Source of the DNA: Chiloscyllium plagiosum
Lineage: Eukaryota
DNA: 38,007 nt
Assembly (NCBI RefSeq): GCF_004010195.1
Contig: NC_057749.1
Span: 7,837,701-7,875,707 of the forward strand
Reading direction: 5' to 3'
Below, one piece after another: positions 11,893-23,708 of the stretch. Both the position numbers and the translations under genes were made by a program. Under the pieces are notes generated by a model. It saw only the letters and a list, made by a program, of their open reading frames with translations. It had not been told where the DNA came from and searched no databases. Each line of letters opens with the position of its first letter. The stretch's first letter is position 1.

Positions 11893-12368
11893 AAGAACAA
11901 AGAACCTGACAGGATGGAACAGGCCCTTTGGCCCTTCAAGTCTGCACTGATCCAGGTCCTCTATCTAAACCTGCCACCTATTTTCTAAGGATCTGTATCC
12001 CTTTGCTCCCTGCCCATTCATGTGTCTGCCTAGATACATCTTAAATGACACTATCGTGCCCACCTCTACCACCTCCGCTCCAACGTGTTCCAAGCACCCA
12101 CCACCCTCTGCATAAAGAACTTTCCGCACATATCTCCCCGAAACAACTCCTCCTTCATTTTAAACTCGTGACCCATGGTAATTGAGTCATCCACTCTGGG
12201 AAAAAGTTTCTTGCTATCCACCCTGTCTACACCTCATATGAATTTGTAGGCTTCAATCGGGCACCCCTCAACCCCCTTCTTTCCAATGAAAATAATCCTA
12301 ATTTACTCAACCTATCCTTATAGCTAGCACCCTCCACACCAGGCAACATCCTGGTGAACCTCCTCTGC
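11893..12368 (-). mobile_element. CR1 3' fragment (left arm of an inverted pair)
   Basis: Tail gaacaaagaac; reverse-complement homologous to 12504-12924. Confidence 0.9.
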
Positions 12369-12505
12369 CTCAGAGTGCTTTATTAGCAGTGAAACATCCT
12401 GAGACAGTTAATGTTGCTCTACGATTTTTTAACATCCTGAGACAGTTAATGTTGCTCTACGATTTTTTTTCTCTGATAAGTGGCATTTCTCAAATGAAAT
12501 ATAAG
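12366..12505 (+). repeat. Local copy of 11310-11411 with an internal 38-bp tandem duplication
   Basis: Direct match by eye to the 102-bp donor; 12393-12430 is repeated at 12431-12468. Confidence 0.95.
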
Positions 12506-12924
12506 TAGATTAGGATTATTTTCATTGGAAAGAAGGAGGTTGAGGAGGACCTGATTAAGGCCTACAAAATCATGAGAGATATGGACAGGGTGGATAGCAA
12601 GAAATTTTTCCCAGAGTGGAGGATTCAAACATGCGTTTAAAGTGAAAGGGAAATGTTTAGGGGAGATATGCTTGGAAAGGTCTTCATGCAGATGGTGGTG
12701 GGTGCCTGGAACACATTGCCAGTGGAGGTGGTAGGGGTGGGAGTGATACCGTCATTTAAGATGTATCTAGACAGATACATGAATGGGCAGGGAGCAAAGG
12801 GATACAGATCCTTATAGAAAATAGGTGGCAGGTTTAGATAGAGGATCTGGATTGGCGCAGGTTTGGAGGGCCGAAGGGTCTGATCCTGTGCTGTAATGTT
12901 CTTTGTTCTGTTTGTTCTTTGTTC
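12504..12924 (+). mobile_element. CR1 3' fragment (right arm of the inverted pair)
   Basis: RLGLFSLERRRLRRx-type coding remnant and a (tgttctt)n tail. Confidence 0.9.
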
Positions 12925-13189
12925 CAAAGAAATATCAAGGAATGGGGTGATTGCTACTGGTTGGTTTGATCCTTTTCTCATAAAGCTAATACAATTTTGC
13001 AAGAATTTTTTCCATCTGCAACTTAATAAAGGCATTAATGTACATGCGTTGATGAGGATAAAGCTCAGAAGTGAAGAACAGGGTAACAGAAAACTATATA
13101 CACTTTTAATATTTTCAATATCAAATTTGCACTGCGTCACCAACCCCAGCACAGTGAACTGATTAGATGAAGCTTTTAAAAATCAACTC

Positions 13190-13400
13190 GGAGAAAGTGA
13201 GGACTGCAGATGCTGGAGATCAGAGTCGAGAGTGTGGTGCTGGAAAAGCACAGCAGGTCAGGCAGCATCCAAGGACAGTCGACGTTTCAGGCAATAGCCC
13301 TTCATCAGGAATGAGCGTCATGTGGGCTTTCGGACGAAACATCGATTCTCCTGCTCCTTGGATACTGCATGACCTGCTGTGCTTTTCCAGCACCACACTT
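13190..13400. mobile_element. Fold-back PLE-LTR element
   Basis: Arms gtgtggtgctggaaaagcacagcaggtca / tgacctgctgtgcttttccagcaccacac. Confidence 0.85.
13281..13308 (-). ncRNA. Minimal hammerhead ribozyme core
   Basis: Minus strand reads CUGAUGA-A-GGGC-UAUU-GCCU-GAAA-CGUC. Confidence 0.6.
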
Positions 13401-13407
13401 ACGATTT

Positions 13408-13500
13408 TTAAAAAAAATCACACAAGACCAGATTATAGTCCAACAGGTTTATATGAAAGTACAACCTTTCGGATTGCTGCTCCTTTGTCAGGCTGCCTAT
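13408..13500 (-). mobile_element. PLE-LTR terminus, second family
   Basis: Reverse complement of 19700-19785 (aaacctgttggactataa.ctgg..ttgtgtgattttt) with CTGACAA...GAAA. Confidence 0.8.
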
Positions 13501-14191
13501 CTAGCCAGTGATACCACATGTCATGAATAAAAAAAACATTTGGTGAATCTTCCCCTTAAAATTGTCCTGTTTCTGGCACCTTGACTTCCAACTCACTTAC
13601 CTTTGAAAGGTAACGCGTTAGAGAGTTTGAAGTAATTCATTAAATGAATTTGAGAACTTTCAAGACAAATCTATTGTCTGCTGTGCCCCTGGCAGTCTCC
13701 AGTCTCATGTATTACTTTTCTCTGCACTGTTATAAACCTGTCACTGAGACCCCTCACCAATAACCCCCACCCGCAACTGTCCCAATTACATTTTAACTAC
13801 ATTCAGAGGTGATGCATTGATTTTAAGCTTGGGCTCCTGGTAATTAACTTGAAGGGATATTTGTGTGAAATCTCATGTTGGCAAAACGTACAATCATCGG
13901 GCCCAGTTGCTAACTGTTCGCACTTAACATAGAACTTTTGGGATAGCTGTGCAAGGCAGGAATTTGTTTGCGATGATTTCATTTGGCTGAGTTTAAGAAA
14001 TATATTTTGCACTTACGCTTCGAGAAGCCATTAAAAGACCATCAGGATGCAGATTGAGTAGGGGAGTCAGATGGGCCAGCTGGTGTTTTGTTGAGTGCTT
14101 GTTGCAATCAAGATGATCAGTTAATGTGAAATATAAATACAGAATGCCTTTGGCTAGTTCATGGAAACTATTAGGACAGTCCTGAGCATAG

Positions 14192-14353
14192 TCGAGAGTG
14201 TGGTGCATTGCAGGTCAGGCAGGATCTGAGGAGCAGGAGAATCGAAGGAAGGGCTTATGCCCGAAACGTTGATTCTCCTGCTCGTCGGATATTGCTTGTC
14301 CAGCACCACACTCTCAACTCTGATCTCCAGCATCTGTAGTCCTCACTTTCTCC
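14192..14353. mobile_element. Fold-back PLE-LTR insertion with 15-bp TSD
   Basis: TSD cagtcctgagcatag (14177-14191) / cagtcctcagcatag (14354-14368). Centre is gggcttatgcccgaaacg. Confidence 0.85.
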
Positions 14354-14369
14354 CAGTCCTCAGCATAGG

Positions 14370-14665
14370 ACCAGAGAGCACAGTCTCAGAATAAAACTTA
14401 CTTAAGATTGAAATGAGGAGGAATGTCTTCTCTGAGGGTCGAGAGTCTTTCGAACTCCAATGCACAGAGAGCTGTGGAGGCAGAGCCCTTGTGTATTTTT
14501 AAGGTTGAGACAAATAGATTCTCGATACGTCGGGGAATCAAGACTTACTGAGAAAGGGCAGGAAACTGGAGGTGAGGCTTGTCAGATCAGCCATGATCCT
14601 GTTGAATGGTAGAAAAGATCCAAGGGACTGAAAGGCCCACCCCAGTTGCTATTTTTTCTGGTCTT
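14370..14665 (+). mobile_element. CR1 3' fragment (older subfamily)
   Basis: gaaatgaggaggaatgtcttctct...gctgtggaggcagag...gatcagccatgatc..gttgaatgg. Confidence 0.75.
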
Positions 14666-14997
14666 AAATTATTTCTGTATTTGCAGTTGTGCCTGTTCTG
14701 CAATTGCACTGTCTTCTAGGCTTTGATGATTTGAATTTGCTTTGGTAATTTAAAACAAAACATTCAATCCTGAGGGAATCTCTTATTTTTCTTTGCCCAA
14801 CAGAGTCTGTGGAGACCAATTTAATGCAAACATTGCCCATCGTTTAAACAGTGTAGTTACAAAAGATGTACTTTGATAATCCAATCCAGGTCAAACCCTC
14901 AAGATCTATAGCTTCTCAAGCTATGTCTCCTTTCAATTCATGGACATTTTAAAGCTTTATTGGACTTCTGCTGATGTTCACCTTCATGACAAGTTTG

Positions 14998-15345
14998 TTT
15001 TGTATATTTTCCTGGGATGTGAGCCTCACTGGTAAGTCTGGCACTAGTTGTCCCATTGTCCATGTCCTTAGTGATTCACTGAGCCATTTCAGAGGGCAAT
15101 TGAGCTTCACCCACATTGCTGTGGGTGTAGGCATGTAGGCTAGATCACATAAAGACAACAGATTTCCTTTCTTAAAGAATAACAGAGTTTTAAAAAAGAT
15201 TTATGGCGACAGTTACTGTGAAATTAGCTTTCATGTTCTGCTTTTCTGAATTCAAATTTCACTCTCGGCGACAGTGAGGTGTCAGCTCATGTTCTCAAAA
15301 CATTGACCTTGTGTTCTGGATTGCTGGGTCAGTGATATTATCACA
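14998..15345 (-). mobile_element. tRNA-like SINE with a tail resembling the LINE at 30945
   Basis: gccatttcagagggcaattgag...ccacattgctgtgggt is the reverse complement of the 22020-22075 motif. Confidence 0.7.
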
Positions 15346-15354
15346 CCTGTCCAT

Positions 15355-16635
15355 CGATTTAGGAGTAAAATTAAGCCATTCAGTCTATCTAGCCTGCTCT
15401 GCCATTCGATCATATAAAAAAAATTGCAGATGCTGGAATCCAAAGTAGACATGCAGGAGGCTGGAAGAGCACATTCAAACATTGCTGATTTGTTTGTCAA
15501 TCCCATTCTTCTGCCTTCTCCTCATAATCCTTGATCCCCTGCTAATGAAGAACCTTCCTATCTTTGTCTTAAATACACTCAATGACTTGGCCTCTACAGC
15601 ACTCTGAGTGGCAGTGAGTTCCACAGGTTAATAACCCTCTTTGGGAAGAAATGCCTCCTCATCTCAGTTCGATAGGGTCATCCCTTCAATCTGGGCTGTG
15701 CCCTCGGGTCATAGTCTCTCCTTCTGAAAGAACATCTGTGGAAACGTCTTCTCCACATCCACCCAATCCAGGCCTCACATCCTCCTGTAAGTTTCAATCA
15801 AGTCCCCCCTCATCTTTCTAAACTCCATCACCTACAGACCTAGAGTCCTCAATCCCTCCTCATGTGACAAACCCTTCATCCCAAGGATCATTTTCATAAA
15901 TGCCTTCTGGATCCCCTCCAATGCCAACATATCCTTTCTTAGATATGGGGCCCAAAACTACTCCCAATGTTCCAAATGCTGTCTGACCAGTACCTTATAT
16001 GGCCTCAGCAGAAGGCTTCTACTCTTATGTTCTAGCCCTCTTGAAGTGAATGCTAACATTGCGCTTGTTTTCCTAACTACTTCCTACTCTGCATGTTAAC
16101 TTCAAAAGAATCCTGAACTGGGACTCCCAAGTCATGTGCTTCAGATTTCTGCAGCCTGTCTTCTTTGAGAATATAATCTATATTTCTATTTTTCCTACCA
16201 AGGTGCATAACTTTTATACTTTTCCACATTGTATTCTATCTGCCACTTATTTGCTTACGCTCCTTGTCTGTCCAAGTCCTTCTTCAAACCTCCCCACTTC
16301 CCCGATGCTACCCATCCCTCCACCTATCTTTGTGTCAACTGCAAACTTAGCAATAGCACCCTTAGTTCCTTCATCCAGGTTACGAATATATAACGCGAAT
16401 AGTTGATGTTTCGACACTGACCCCTGCAGAACTCTACTAGTCACCAGCTGCCATCCTGAAAAAGACCCCTTAATCCCCACTCTCTGCCTTCTGCCAGTCA
16501 GTTAATCCTCTAACAATGCCAGTACTTTGGCCGTAACACAATGGGCTGTTATCTTATTTATCAGACTGGTGTATGGCACCTTGTCCAAGACCTTTTGGAA
16601 ATCTAAGTAGATCATGTCCATTGGCTTGCCTCTGT
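15355..16635 (-). mobile_element. CR1 LINE RT-to-tail fragment, with a small PLE-LTR piece at ~15416-15472
   Basis: SFSGWQLVTSRVLQGSV...LFALYIRNLDEGTKGAIAKFAVDTKIGG shows decayed PQG and FADD motifs. Confidence 0.9.
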
Positions 16636-17149
16636 CTATCTTAGTGCAGCACTGAAATGGAAGAATAGCTCATCCAAAATAGCTGAACTAGCTTTCCTTA
16701 AGTCAGAAATTCGGAATGAAACAAGTTTGTTACAAGGAGGAATATGATTAGAAACCGTAATGAAACAAAGTGAATGAGGAGATGTGAATATAAGACTGAG
16801 AATTGTACACTCAGTTAGAAAAGGCATCAATAAAGATTAGCATAGAAGGTTATGGATGTGGGGAATGGATCATTGAGCCTATGGCAGGAGTTCACATTGA
16901 ATAAGAGTATTGTGCTGGCAACTCATAGCTGGACCCTAGACAAATGAGAAAATTATATCAATATTAGATTAGAAGTATAATAAAACAAACTATCATAGAA
17001 ATTTAAACAGTCTCATAAATAATTTTTCCTACGCTACACATTTTGGTAGCAGTGAATTATTTAACATTACATAGATATAAATTATACAAGTTTAAGGAGT
17101 CCACCAGAACTCAATTTCTTTGATATCCTGTTTGTAAATAATACATTAG

Positions 17150-17290
17150 CTTCTCTCAGCTATACCTCTCCACATTGACCGAAGGCCATTATAATCTCTT
17201 CCCAAGCTCCCCCACAATATTTAAGACCTGGCTGAGTCAGAACTCACTCCAGTTAAATGCAAAAAAATTATCTTTGGGAGCTCAAATCCA
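17150..17290 (+). mobile_element. Ancient L2-like RT fragment
   Basis: Translates to SQLYLS and KTWLSQNSLQLNAKK, like the L2 'TQLYLS...WMSxNFLQLNxxK' motifs. Confidence 0.5.
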
Positions 17291-17384
17291 ATAACAATAA
17301 GGACCGCAGGCTCCAACTCCAATCATCACCCCCAGTGCTGCTAGACCCGAAAATTGAAGCTCAGACACTGAGAATATGAAAAAG

Positions 17385-17487
17385 AAAAGACATGCATTCC
17401 TATAGCGCCTTCACGACCTCAGATGGTCCCAAAGCAGTTTGCAATTAATTAAATACCAAAGTGGTGTTGTTACTCTCGCAATGCAGT
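17385..17487 (-). mobile_element. Deu-SINE-type 3' tail
   Basis: The minus strand reads tgaggtcgtgaaggcgctataggaatgcatgtcttt. Confidence 0.55.
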
Positions 17488-17587
17488 ACTGTCCGACCCC
17501 GAGCTTAACCTCCTTCCCCCATATTCTTTCCGTCTTCAGTCAACAGTCCTTCCAATTTCAGAATTTTGGTCACTTTTATACCATCTT

Positions 17588-17922
17588 ACAATCATACAGC
17601 ATGGAAATGATACTTACAGTCCAACCAGTCCATGTTGATCATTATCCCAAACTAAACTTGTCCCACCTGCCTGCACTTTCTCCATATCCCTCCAAACATT
17701 TCTTATTCATGTACTTATCCAAATGTCTTTTAAACATTGTAACTGTATCCTTAATCATCACTTCCTCTGGCAGTTCATTCCTCACACAAATCACTCTGTG
17801 TAAAAGTGTTGCCCCCATCACCTTTTTAAATCTTCCTCGTCTCACCTTAAAAATATTCCCCCGAGTTTTGCACTCCCCTACCCGAGGGAATACAGCCTTG
17901 CCATTCACCTTATGTGTACCCA
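17588..17922 (-). mobile_element. CR1/HER1 3' end
   Basis: FPRVGECKTRGNIFKVR...NELPEEV...MFKRHLDKYMN. Confidence 0.9.
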
Positions 17923-18345
17923 TCATAGAATCATAAAGTCATACAGCACGGAAACAGACCCTTAGGTCTAACCAATCTGTGCTGAACATAACTCCAAACA
18001 AAATTAGACCCATCTGCCTGTGCTAGGCCCTTCTCCCTCTGAACATTTCTCATTTATATGCTTCCCTAAATGTCCTGTAAACATTGTAACTGTTCCCACA
18101 TCCACCACTTCCTCTGGAAGTCCATTCCACACATTAACCAGACGGTGTTAAAAAAATTGCCCCGCGTGGTCTTTTAAAAATCTTTCTCCTCTCAGTCTTA
18201 GTCATGAAATGCCCCCACCTTAGGGAAAAGACACCTGCTGATCACTTTATCTATGCCCCTCATGATTTCATAAACCTCTATAATGTGACCCTTCAACCTC
18301 CTACCCTCCAATAGAAATCTCCCAGCCTTGTTCAGCTTATTGCCT
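17923..18345 (-). mobile_element. CR1/HER1 3' end, in tandem with the previous copy
   Basis: New tail catagaatcat at 17923; LNKAGRFLLEGRRLKGHIIEVYEIMRGIDKV. Confidence 0.9.
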
Positions 18346-18647
18346 TTGCCTTCTCCCTGACTGGTCTTTCGTGAGGCATAGAACATTGGCGAGACCAAGC
18401 AGATGCTATGACAACAGATGATTGGACACTGCGCAACAATCACCAGGCAGGGGTGTTCCCACCCAATTGGGGAACACTTCAGCGGTCAGGGACATTTGGC
18501 CTCAGATCTTCGAGTGACCGTCCTCCAAGGATATGCAATAACACGGAGTGGCCGAGCAGAGGGTGATAGCCAAGTTCGGTACCCATGGGGATGGTCTGAA
18601 CTGGGACCTTGGGTTCATGGCATTCTGTAGGTGACCCCAAGGCGCTA

Positions 18648-18662
18648 CACTTTCTCACACTC

Positions 18663-18700
<38 letters not shown>

Positions 18701-18950
18701 TCTCTTACATACTCATACACTCACGCAGACCCTCCCTCATGCACACAGGGTCTCTCTCAGACACACACACACACACATACCCTCCCAACACTCAAACCCA
18801 CATACACACACCCTCTTACAGGCATATACTTTGTCACACCCATGCACACACATTGCATACACACACTCACACACACGGTCACACTCTCTCCCTCTCTCTC
18901 TCACACACACTCTCTCTCACTCTCTCCTTCACATGCACACACACTCACAT
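18648..18950. repeat. Compound (CT)n/(CA)n microsatellite inside the PLE
   Basis: Direct observation. Confidence 0.9.
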
Positions 18951-19310
18951 ATAAGTTTATGTGGCGAATTTGCATTTGCAGATTTATATTTACAGATACA
19001 TTCTATTTTGTTCAAAAAGCACACAATCTGCAGGCAGTCAGTCCATGAGACTTTTTATGAATTCTTACTTTGGAAATAGAACCAGTCTGACTCAAGGTTG
19101 GAATGCAGACAGACTCTAAGCTCACACCTTTAGTGCATTGTCTGAGCTGAGATGTCAGTTTTTCTTAAAAAAGAACCTTAAGTTATCTCAGGAATGTCAC
19201 TTGAAAGAAGTTCTGGGATTCACTTATTAATGAATCGAAACCTGCAACACCATTCTAAAAGATGAAAGCCGTAATAGCAATCTAGGTTTGTTCAATATAT
19301 CACATCAATT

Positions 19311-19637
19311 TGGATTAGATTACTTACAGTGTGGAAACAGGCCCTTCGGCCCAACAAGTCCACACCGACCCTCCAAAGAGCAACCCACCCAGACCCATTC
19401 CCCTACATTTACCTTTCACCTAATACTGCGGGGCAGGTTAGCATGGCCAATTCACCTAACCTGCAAATCTTTGTGACTGTGAGGGGAAACCGGAGCACCC
19501 GGAGGAAACCCACGCAGAGGTGGGAAGAGTGTGCAAACTCCACACAGGCAGTTGCTTGAGGTGGGAATTGAACCCAGGTCTCTGGCGCTGTGAGGCAGCA
19601 ATGCTAACCACCATGCTACCTGTGCTACTGTGCTGCC
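19311..19637 (-). mobile_element. HE1-type V-SINE nested in the PLE
   Basis: Complete head, core and ttagatt tail; close to 22742-23056. Confidence 0.92.
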
Positions 19638-19702
19638 TGTTGTATGACACTGTGATCTTTTACTATAAATCCTGTGTCCTATGATCCTGCTGTGCTAGCT
19701 AT

Positions 19703-19731
19703 CTGACGAAGGAGCAGCGCTCTGAAAGCTT
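19703..19731 (+). ncRNA. Minimal hammerhead ribozyme core (second PLE family)
   Basis: CUGACGA-A-GGAGC-AGC-GCUCU-GAAA-GCUU, with palindromic AAGCUU. Confidence 0.6.
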
Positions 19732-19891
19732 GTACTTTCAAATAAACCTGTTGGACTATAACCTGGTGATGTGTGACTTTTAACTTTGTCCACCCCAGTC
19801 CAACACCAGCACCTCCACATCATTTCTTGAACACAACATTATACTGTGACCTCAAACCACATATTTCAAGATTTATCCAAAGAAACTGGTT

Positions 19892-19967
19892 CATAGACAA
19901 TTACAACGCAGTACATGCCCTTCGGCCCTCGATGTTGTGCTGACCTATGAACCCAATCTGAAGCCCA
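19892..19967 (-). mobile_element. Short CR1 3' tail
   Basis: gcccttcggccctcgatgttgtgc matches the tails at 35740 and 37840. Confidence 0.65.
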
Positions 19968-20798
19968 TTATCAGGTTTAGCTGGTCCCTATGGAGGTCGG
20001 TGCTCTATGTGAGTGTCTTTCTTAATTCTTTGTGTCAAATTCTTTCCCTTCCTGGAAGTGGTAAGAATTGCAGATAACAGACTGATTTGGCTTTGGAAAG
20101 ATTCTTGCCCCCTTCTTGCATTGTTACCAATTATGTGCTGGGCGAGAAAGGCTGTGGGTGACTTTCTTGACTCGCCCACAATTATGTCCCTTACAGAGGT
20201 CAATTAACGGTCACTTCATGGCTTGAGCTCACCACTTCCCCAATTACTTGCTAACCCAGTTGGTGAGAAAAGGGGCTAATTTCCCGAGTCTGAACAGCGA
20301 TGATCTGCTATCTGAATTCGTGGGAACCGCCAATTGCCCCAGTCTGGTTGTGGAGTGGGGGGAGTACAAGGGATTGGCCTCTAAAAGCCAAACTTATCCT
20401 TGCCTCCAACAATCTTAACACGTCCCTCCCCTCATCCCCCACCCCGTGTGAAAAAGGTAAAGGATTTAGCTTCTCGCTGTTGGATCCCCGAGGAAGTAGG
20501 CAGGGTTTAGGACCCACAAGTGGTTAGCCAGCAGATTCTGACCCAGGCTGCTAGTGTATGATGGAGTTTGACTTGTTCACCTGCCAGTTCTTAATGAGCT
20601 GATTAGGTAGGGCTTTGGGTGCATTGTTTCATTTGTGAGGTTGGTTGCTAACTAATTGGCTTGGCCTTCACACATAGAGAAATAAATTGGCAAATCACAC
20701 ACTTTCTCAATCTGAAAGAAATGACTTACATTTATCTCAGGCTTTTGATTTGCAATGGCCTCTTTGGAGAGGGGAGATGATATCCTAATGATATTATT

Positions 20799-21345
20799 CA
20801 TGTATAACCCTTCTTCAGGATTGGGGGGTGGGTGTAAGGGGAGCTGCAGATAAAGGGTGGGTGGGGAAGAGGCCGCGGGGTGGTGAGGTAGGGATAGGTG
20901 AATTCAGATAGAGGATACAACTGTTGGTCAATGGGAGGAATAAATCTGGTTTGTTGCTGCAAAGAAGGTTCGATTAGAGGAAAGAAAGGGAGGGGGTGGG
21001 GCTGAGAAGGAAGTCGGGGTTGGGTGGGAAGGTTATTTGAAATTGTAGAATCCAATGTTGACTCCTCCGGGCTATAGGCTGCCCAGGCAGAAGATGAGGT
21101 GTTGTTCCTTTTATTTGGAGTCTGATTCACTGTGGTAATGGAGGAAGCCAAGGATGGTCATGCCATGGCACCTCACCAACCCCCCCACCTTTATCTGCAG
21201 CTCTCCTTACACCCACCCCCAATCCTGCAGAAGGGTTACACCCAAAACTTGATTTCCCCACCTCCTGATGCTGCCTGGCTTGCTGATTCTTCCAGTTTTC
21301 TGCTTGTCTGCTTTGGATTCCAGCATCTGCAGTTTTGTTTTGTCT
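20799..21345 (-). mobile_element. Truncated PLE with inverted partial LTR
   Basis: Minus strand gives MTILGFLHYHSESDSK*KEQHLIFCLGSL*PGGVNIGFYNFK* (PLE endonuclease C-terminus), then an LTR ending in CTGAAGAAGGGTTATAC. Inverted LTR copy at 21168-21345. TSD-like ctaatgatattatt / ctaatggtattact. Confidence 0.85.
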
Positions 21346-21570
21346 CTAATGGTATTACTGTCAGGCAATTCATTCAGAAATTCAGCTATTGCTCTGGGGA
21401 CCCAGGTTCGAATGCTGCCATGGTAGAATTTGATTTTCAATTTAAAAAAAAACATTCAGGGATTAAGAGTCAACTGATGACCATAAAACCAGTCAATTTT
21501 CAGAAAACCCATCTGGCTCACTGAAGTCCATTAGGGAAGGAAATGTGCCACCTTATCTGGTCTGGCCTAC

Positions 21571-22013
21571 TTATACCCAGGGCAACTATAGAGAGTTACG
21601 AACACAGCCCAGTCCACATAAAAACCAAACTTCCATCCATTGATTCCATCTACACTTAATGCTGTGTCAAGAGAGCCAACATCGTCAAAGACCCCTCCCA
21701 CCACGATTATAATCTCTTCAAACCTCTTTTGTCAGGCCCAAGATGCAAAAGCTTAAACATACATATCAACAGATTCAAGTACAGCTTCTTCCCCGCTGTT
21801 ATTAGACTGCCGAATGGACCTCTCAAATTTCAAATCTAATATTGATCTTGCTTTTGTGAACCTTCCTTGCAGCTGTAACATTGCATTCATTGCTCTGTTC
21901 GATCACCCTATGATCCTTGTATATTATGATCGGCCTGTACTCCAAGTAAAACAAAACTTTTCACTCTACCTAGGTACATGTGACAACAATAAATCAAAAC
22001 AAATCAAATCAAA
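21571..22013 (+). mobile_element. Rex1/Babar 3' fragment
   Basis: Homologous to the reverse complement of 6581-7010; (aatca)n tail. Confidence 0.85.
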
Positions 22014-22529
22014 TACATGTGACTCCAGACCCGTAGCCATGTAGTTGACTGCTAACTCCCCTCTGAAATGACTTACTGAGCCATTCAATTCAATAACTGC
22101 TGGCCTGGCAATGTACCTGTCTCACAAGTAATGAAAAATAACTCGGCAACCAACATAGCACTTTTTGAAGTGTAGTCATTGTTAAGGGGGAGAGAGAGAT
22201 AATTTCTTGAACAAGCATCATTGGAACAGGTGCCTCATTGGGCTGATGATACAAATTACACCAGCAATTATAGTTCCTAACATGGTTATTGTCAATCCTT
22301 CAAATAAAAATAAAGTATAAAATAATGGAAGGATTGCACAATTATGTACATCTGCATAAATAAATAATTATAATATGTTGCAAATTGCAGGTCTCCTTCA
22401 TTCAAAGAATAAAAATGAAAAGTCTACTACATACATTCTTTATTAAAGTTCATACATTATTTGTTGTCAGCTTGAGGTCCTTAACTTCTCAATCACTTGC
22501 ATACCATTGACGAGTTTATATGAAAGTAC

Positions 22530-22720
22530 CTATTAGAAGCAGGAATAGGCTATCCTGCCTCTTGTGCCTACTCTGCCAAACAATACAATAGTGTCTGATC
22601 TGAATGTAGCTTTAATTCCACATTCCTGTCTGCCTGCTAAAGTCCTGTACTCCCATCAATCAATAATCTACCTGATTCAGCCTTGAATGTATTCAATTAT
22701 CCTGTGTCTACTGCTCTACT
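22530..22720 (-). mobile_element. Old CR1 tail remnant
   Basis: agaagcaggaataggc...ctgatctg...cagccttgaatgtattcaat. Confidence 0.5.
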
Positions 22721-22741
22721 CATTTAGTATCAACTAAATAT

Positions 22742-23056
22742 GGGCGGCACGGTGGCACAGTGGTTAGCACTGCTGCCTCACAGCGCCAGAGACCCGGGTT
22801 TAATACCTGCCTCAGGCGACTGACTGTGTGGAGTTTGCACATTCTCCCCGTGTCTGAGTGGGTTTCCTCCGGGTGCTCCGGTTTCCTCCCACTGTCCAAA
22901 GATGTGCAGGTTAGGTGAATTGGCCATGCTAAATTGCCTGTAGTGTTAGGTAAGGGGTAAATGTAGGGGTATGGGTGAGTTGCGCTTCGGCGGGGCGGTG
23001 TGGACTTGTTGGGCCGAAGGGCCTGTTTCCACACTGTAAGTATCTAATCTAATCTA
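22742..23056 (+). mobile_element. Full-length, young HE1-type V-SINE
   Basis: gggcggcacggtggcacagtgg head (A box ~22753-22763, B-box-like ggtttaatacc ~22797-22807), CpGs retained, V-type core, (tctaa)n tail. Confidence 0.95.
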
Positions 23057-23225
23057 AAAAAAATCTTATTTATGTTTCTTTTTAATTCAGTTGGGAATGT
23101 TTACTTCACTTCCTCAACCAACATGTATTGACCATCCCTAATAGCCCTGGAGAAGATGGTGGTGAGCACAACTATTAAAATATCCTTTATATTTATTTTA
23201 GCTTCTATCTTCATCCAATCATAAA

Positions 23226-23708
23226 TAGAGTCATAGAGTCATTCAGCACTGAAACAGATCCTTCGATCTAACCAGTCCATGCCAGATGCAATTCCAAACT
23301 AAATGAATCCCACCTGCCTGCTCCTGGCTCATATCCCTCCAAACCTTTCCTGTTCATGTACTTATCCAAATGTCTTTTAAATGTTGTAATTGTACCCACA
23401 TCAACCACTTCCTCTGGACGTTCATTCCCTCATGTCTTTTTTAAATCTTCCGCCTCTCACCTTAAAAAATATGCCACCAGTCTTGAAATCCTCCATTCAA
23501 GGGAAAGCAAAACAACCATTAACTCTAACTATACCTCTCATTATTTCATAAGGTCGCCTCTCAGCCTCCTATGCTCCAGTAAAAATAATCCCAGCCTATC
23601 CAGCTTTTATTTATAATCCAAACCTTCCATACCAAACAACATCCTGGTAAATCTCTTCTGAACCCTCTCCATCTTAATAATATCCTTCCTATAACTGGGT
23701 GACCAGAA
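23226..23708 (-). mobile_element. CR1/HER1 3' fragment
   Basis: agagtcatagagtcat tail; homologous to 17588-17922. Confidence 0.9.

Larger units (their letters stand above)
18350..19822 (+). mobile_element. Penelope-like element 3' part: GIY-YIG endonuclease remnant, CA/CT tract and pseudo-LTR with hammerhead
   Basis: IGETKQML*QQMIGHCATITRQGCSHPIGEHFSGQGHLASDLRVTVLQG and, after a frameshift, AEQRVIAKFGTHGDGLNWDLG. Hammerhead at 19703. Interrupted by an HE1 SINE. Confidence 0.85.
20772..22138 (+). mobile_element. tRNA-like SINE split by a PLE (20799-21345) and a Rex fragment (21571-22013)
   Basis: Head at 20772-20798 resumes at 21346 with B-box-like ggttcgaatgc; ggtctggcctac|...|atgtgactccagaccc rejoins across the Rex insert. 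Confidence 0.7.

Noticed and set aside
13600..13680. Minus-strand exon ending AAAG|gtaagt
   Set aside because: No credible acceptor, and stops in the frames I checked.
14803..14889. Exon after the strong acceptor tttctttgcccaacag
   Set aside because: All three frames hit stops before any good donor.
18609..19079. His/Thr/Leu/Ser-rich ORFs
   Set aside because: They are translations of the CA/CT microsatellite.
22742..22830. tRNA gene
   Set aside because: The A and B boxes belong to the HE1 SINE head, which continues into the SINE core and tail.
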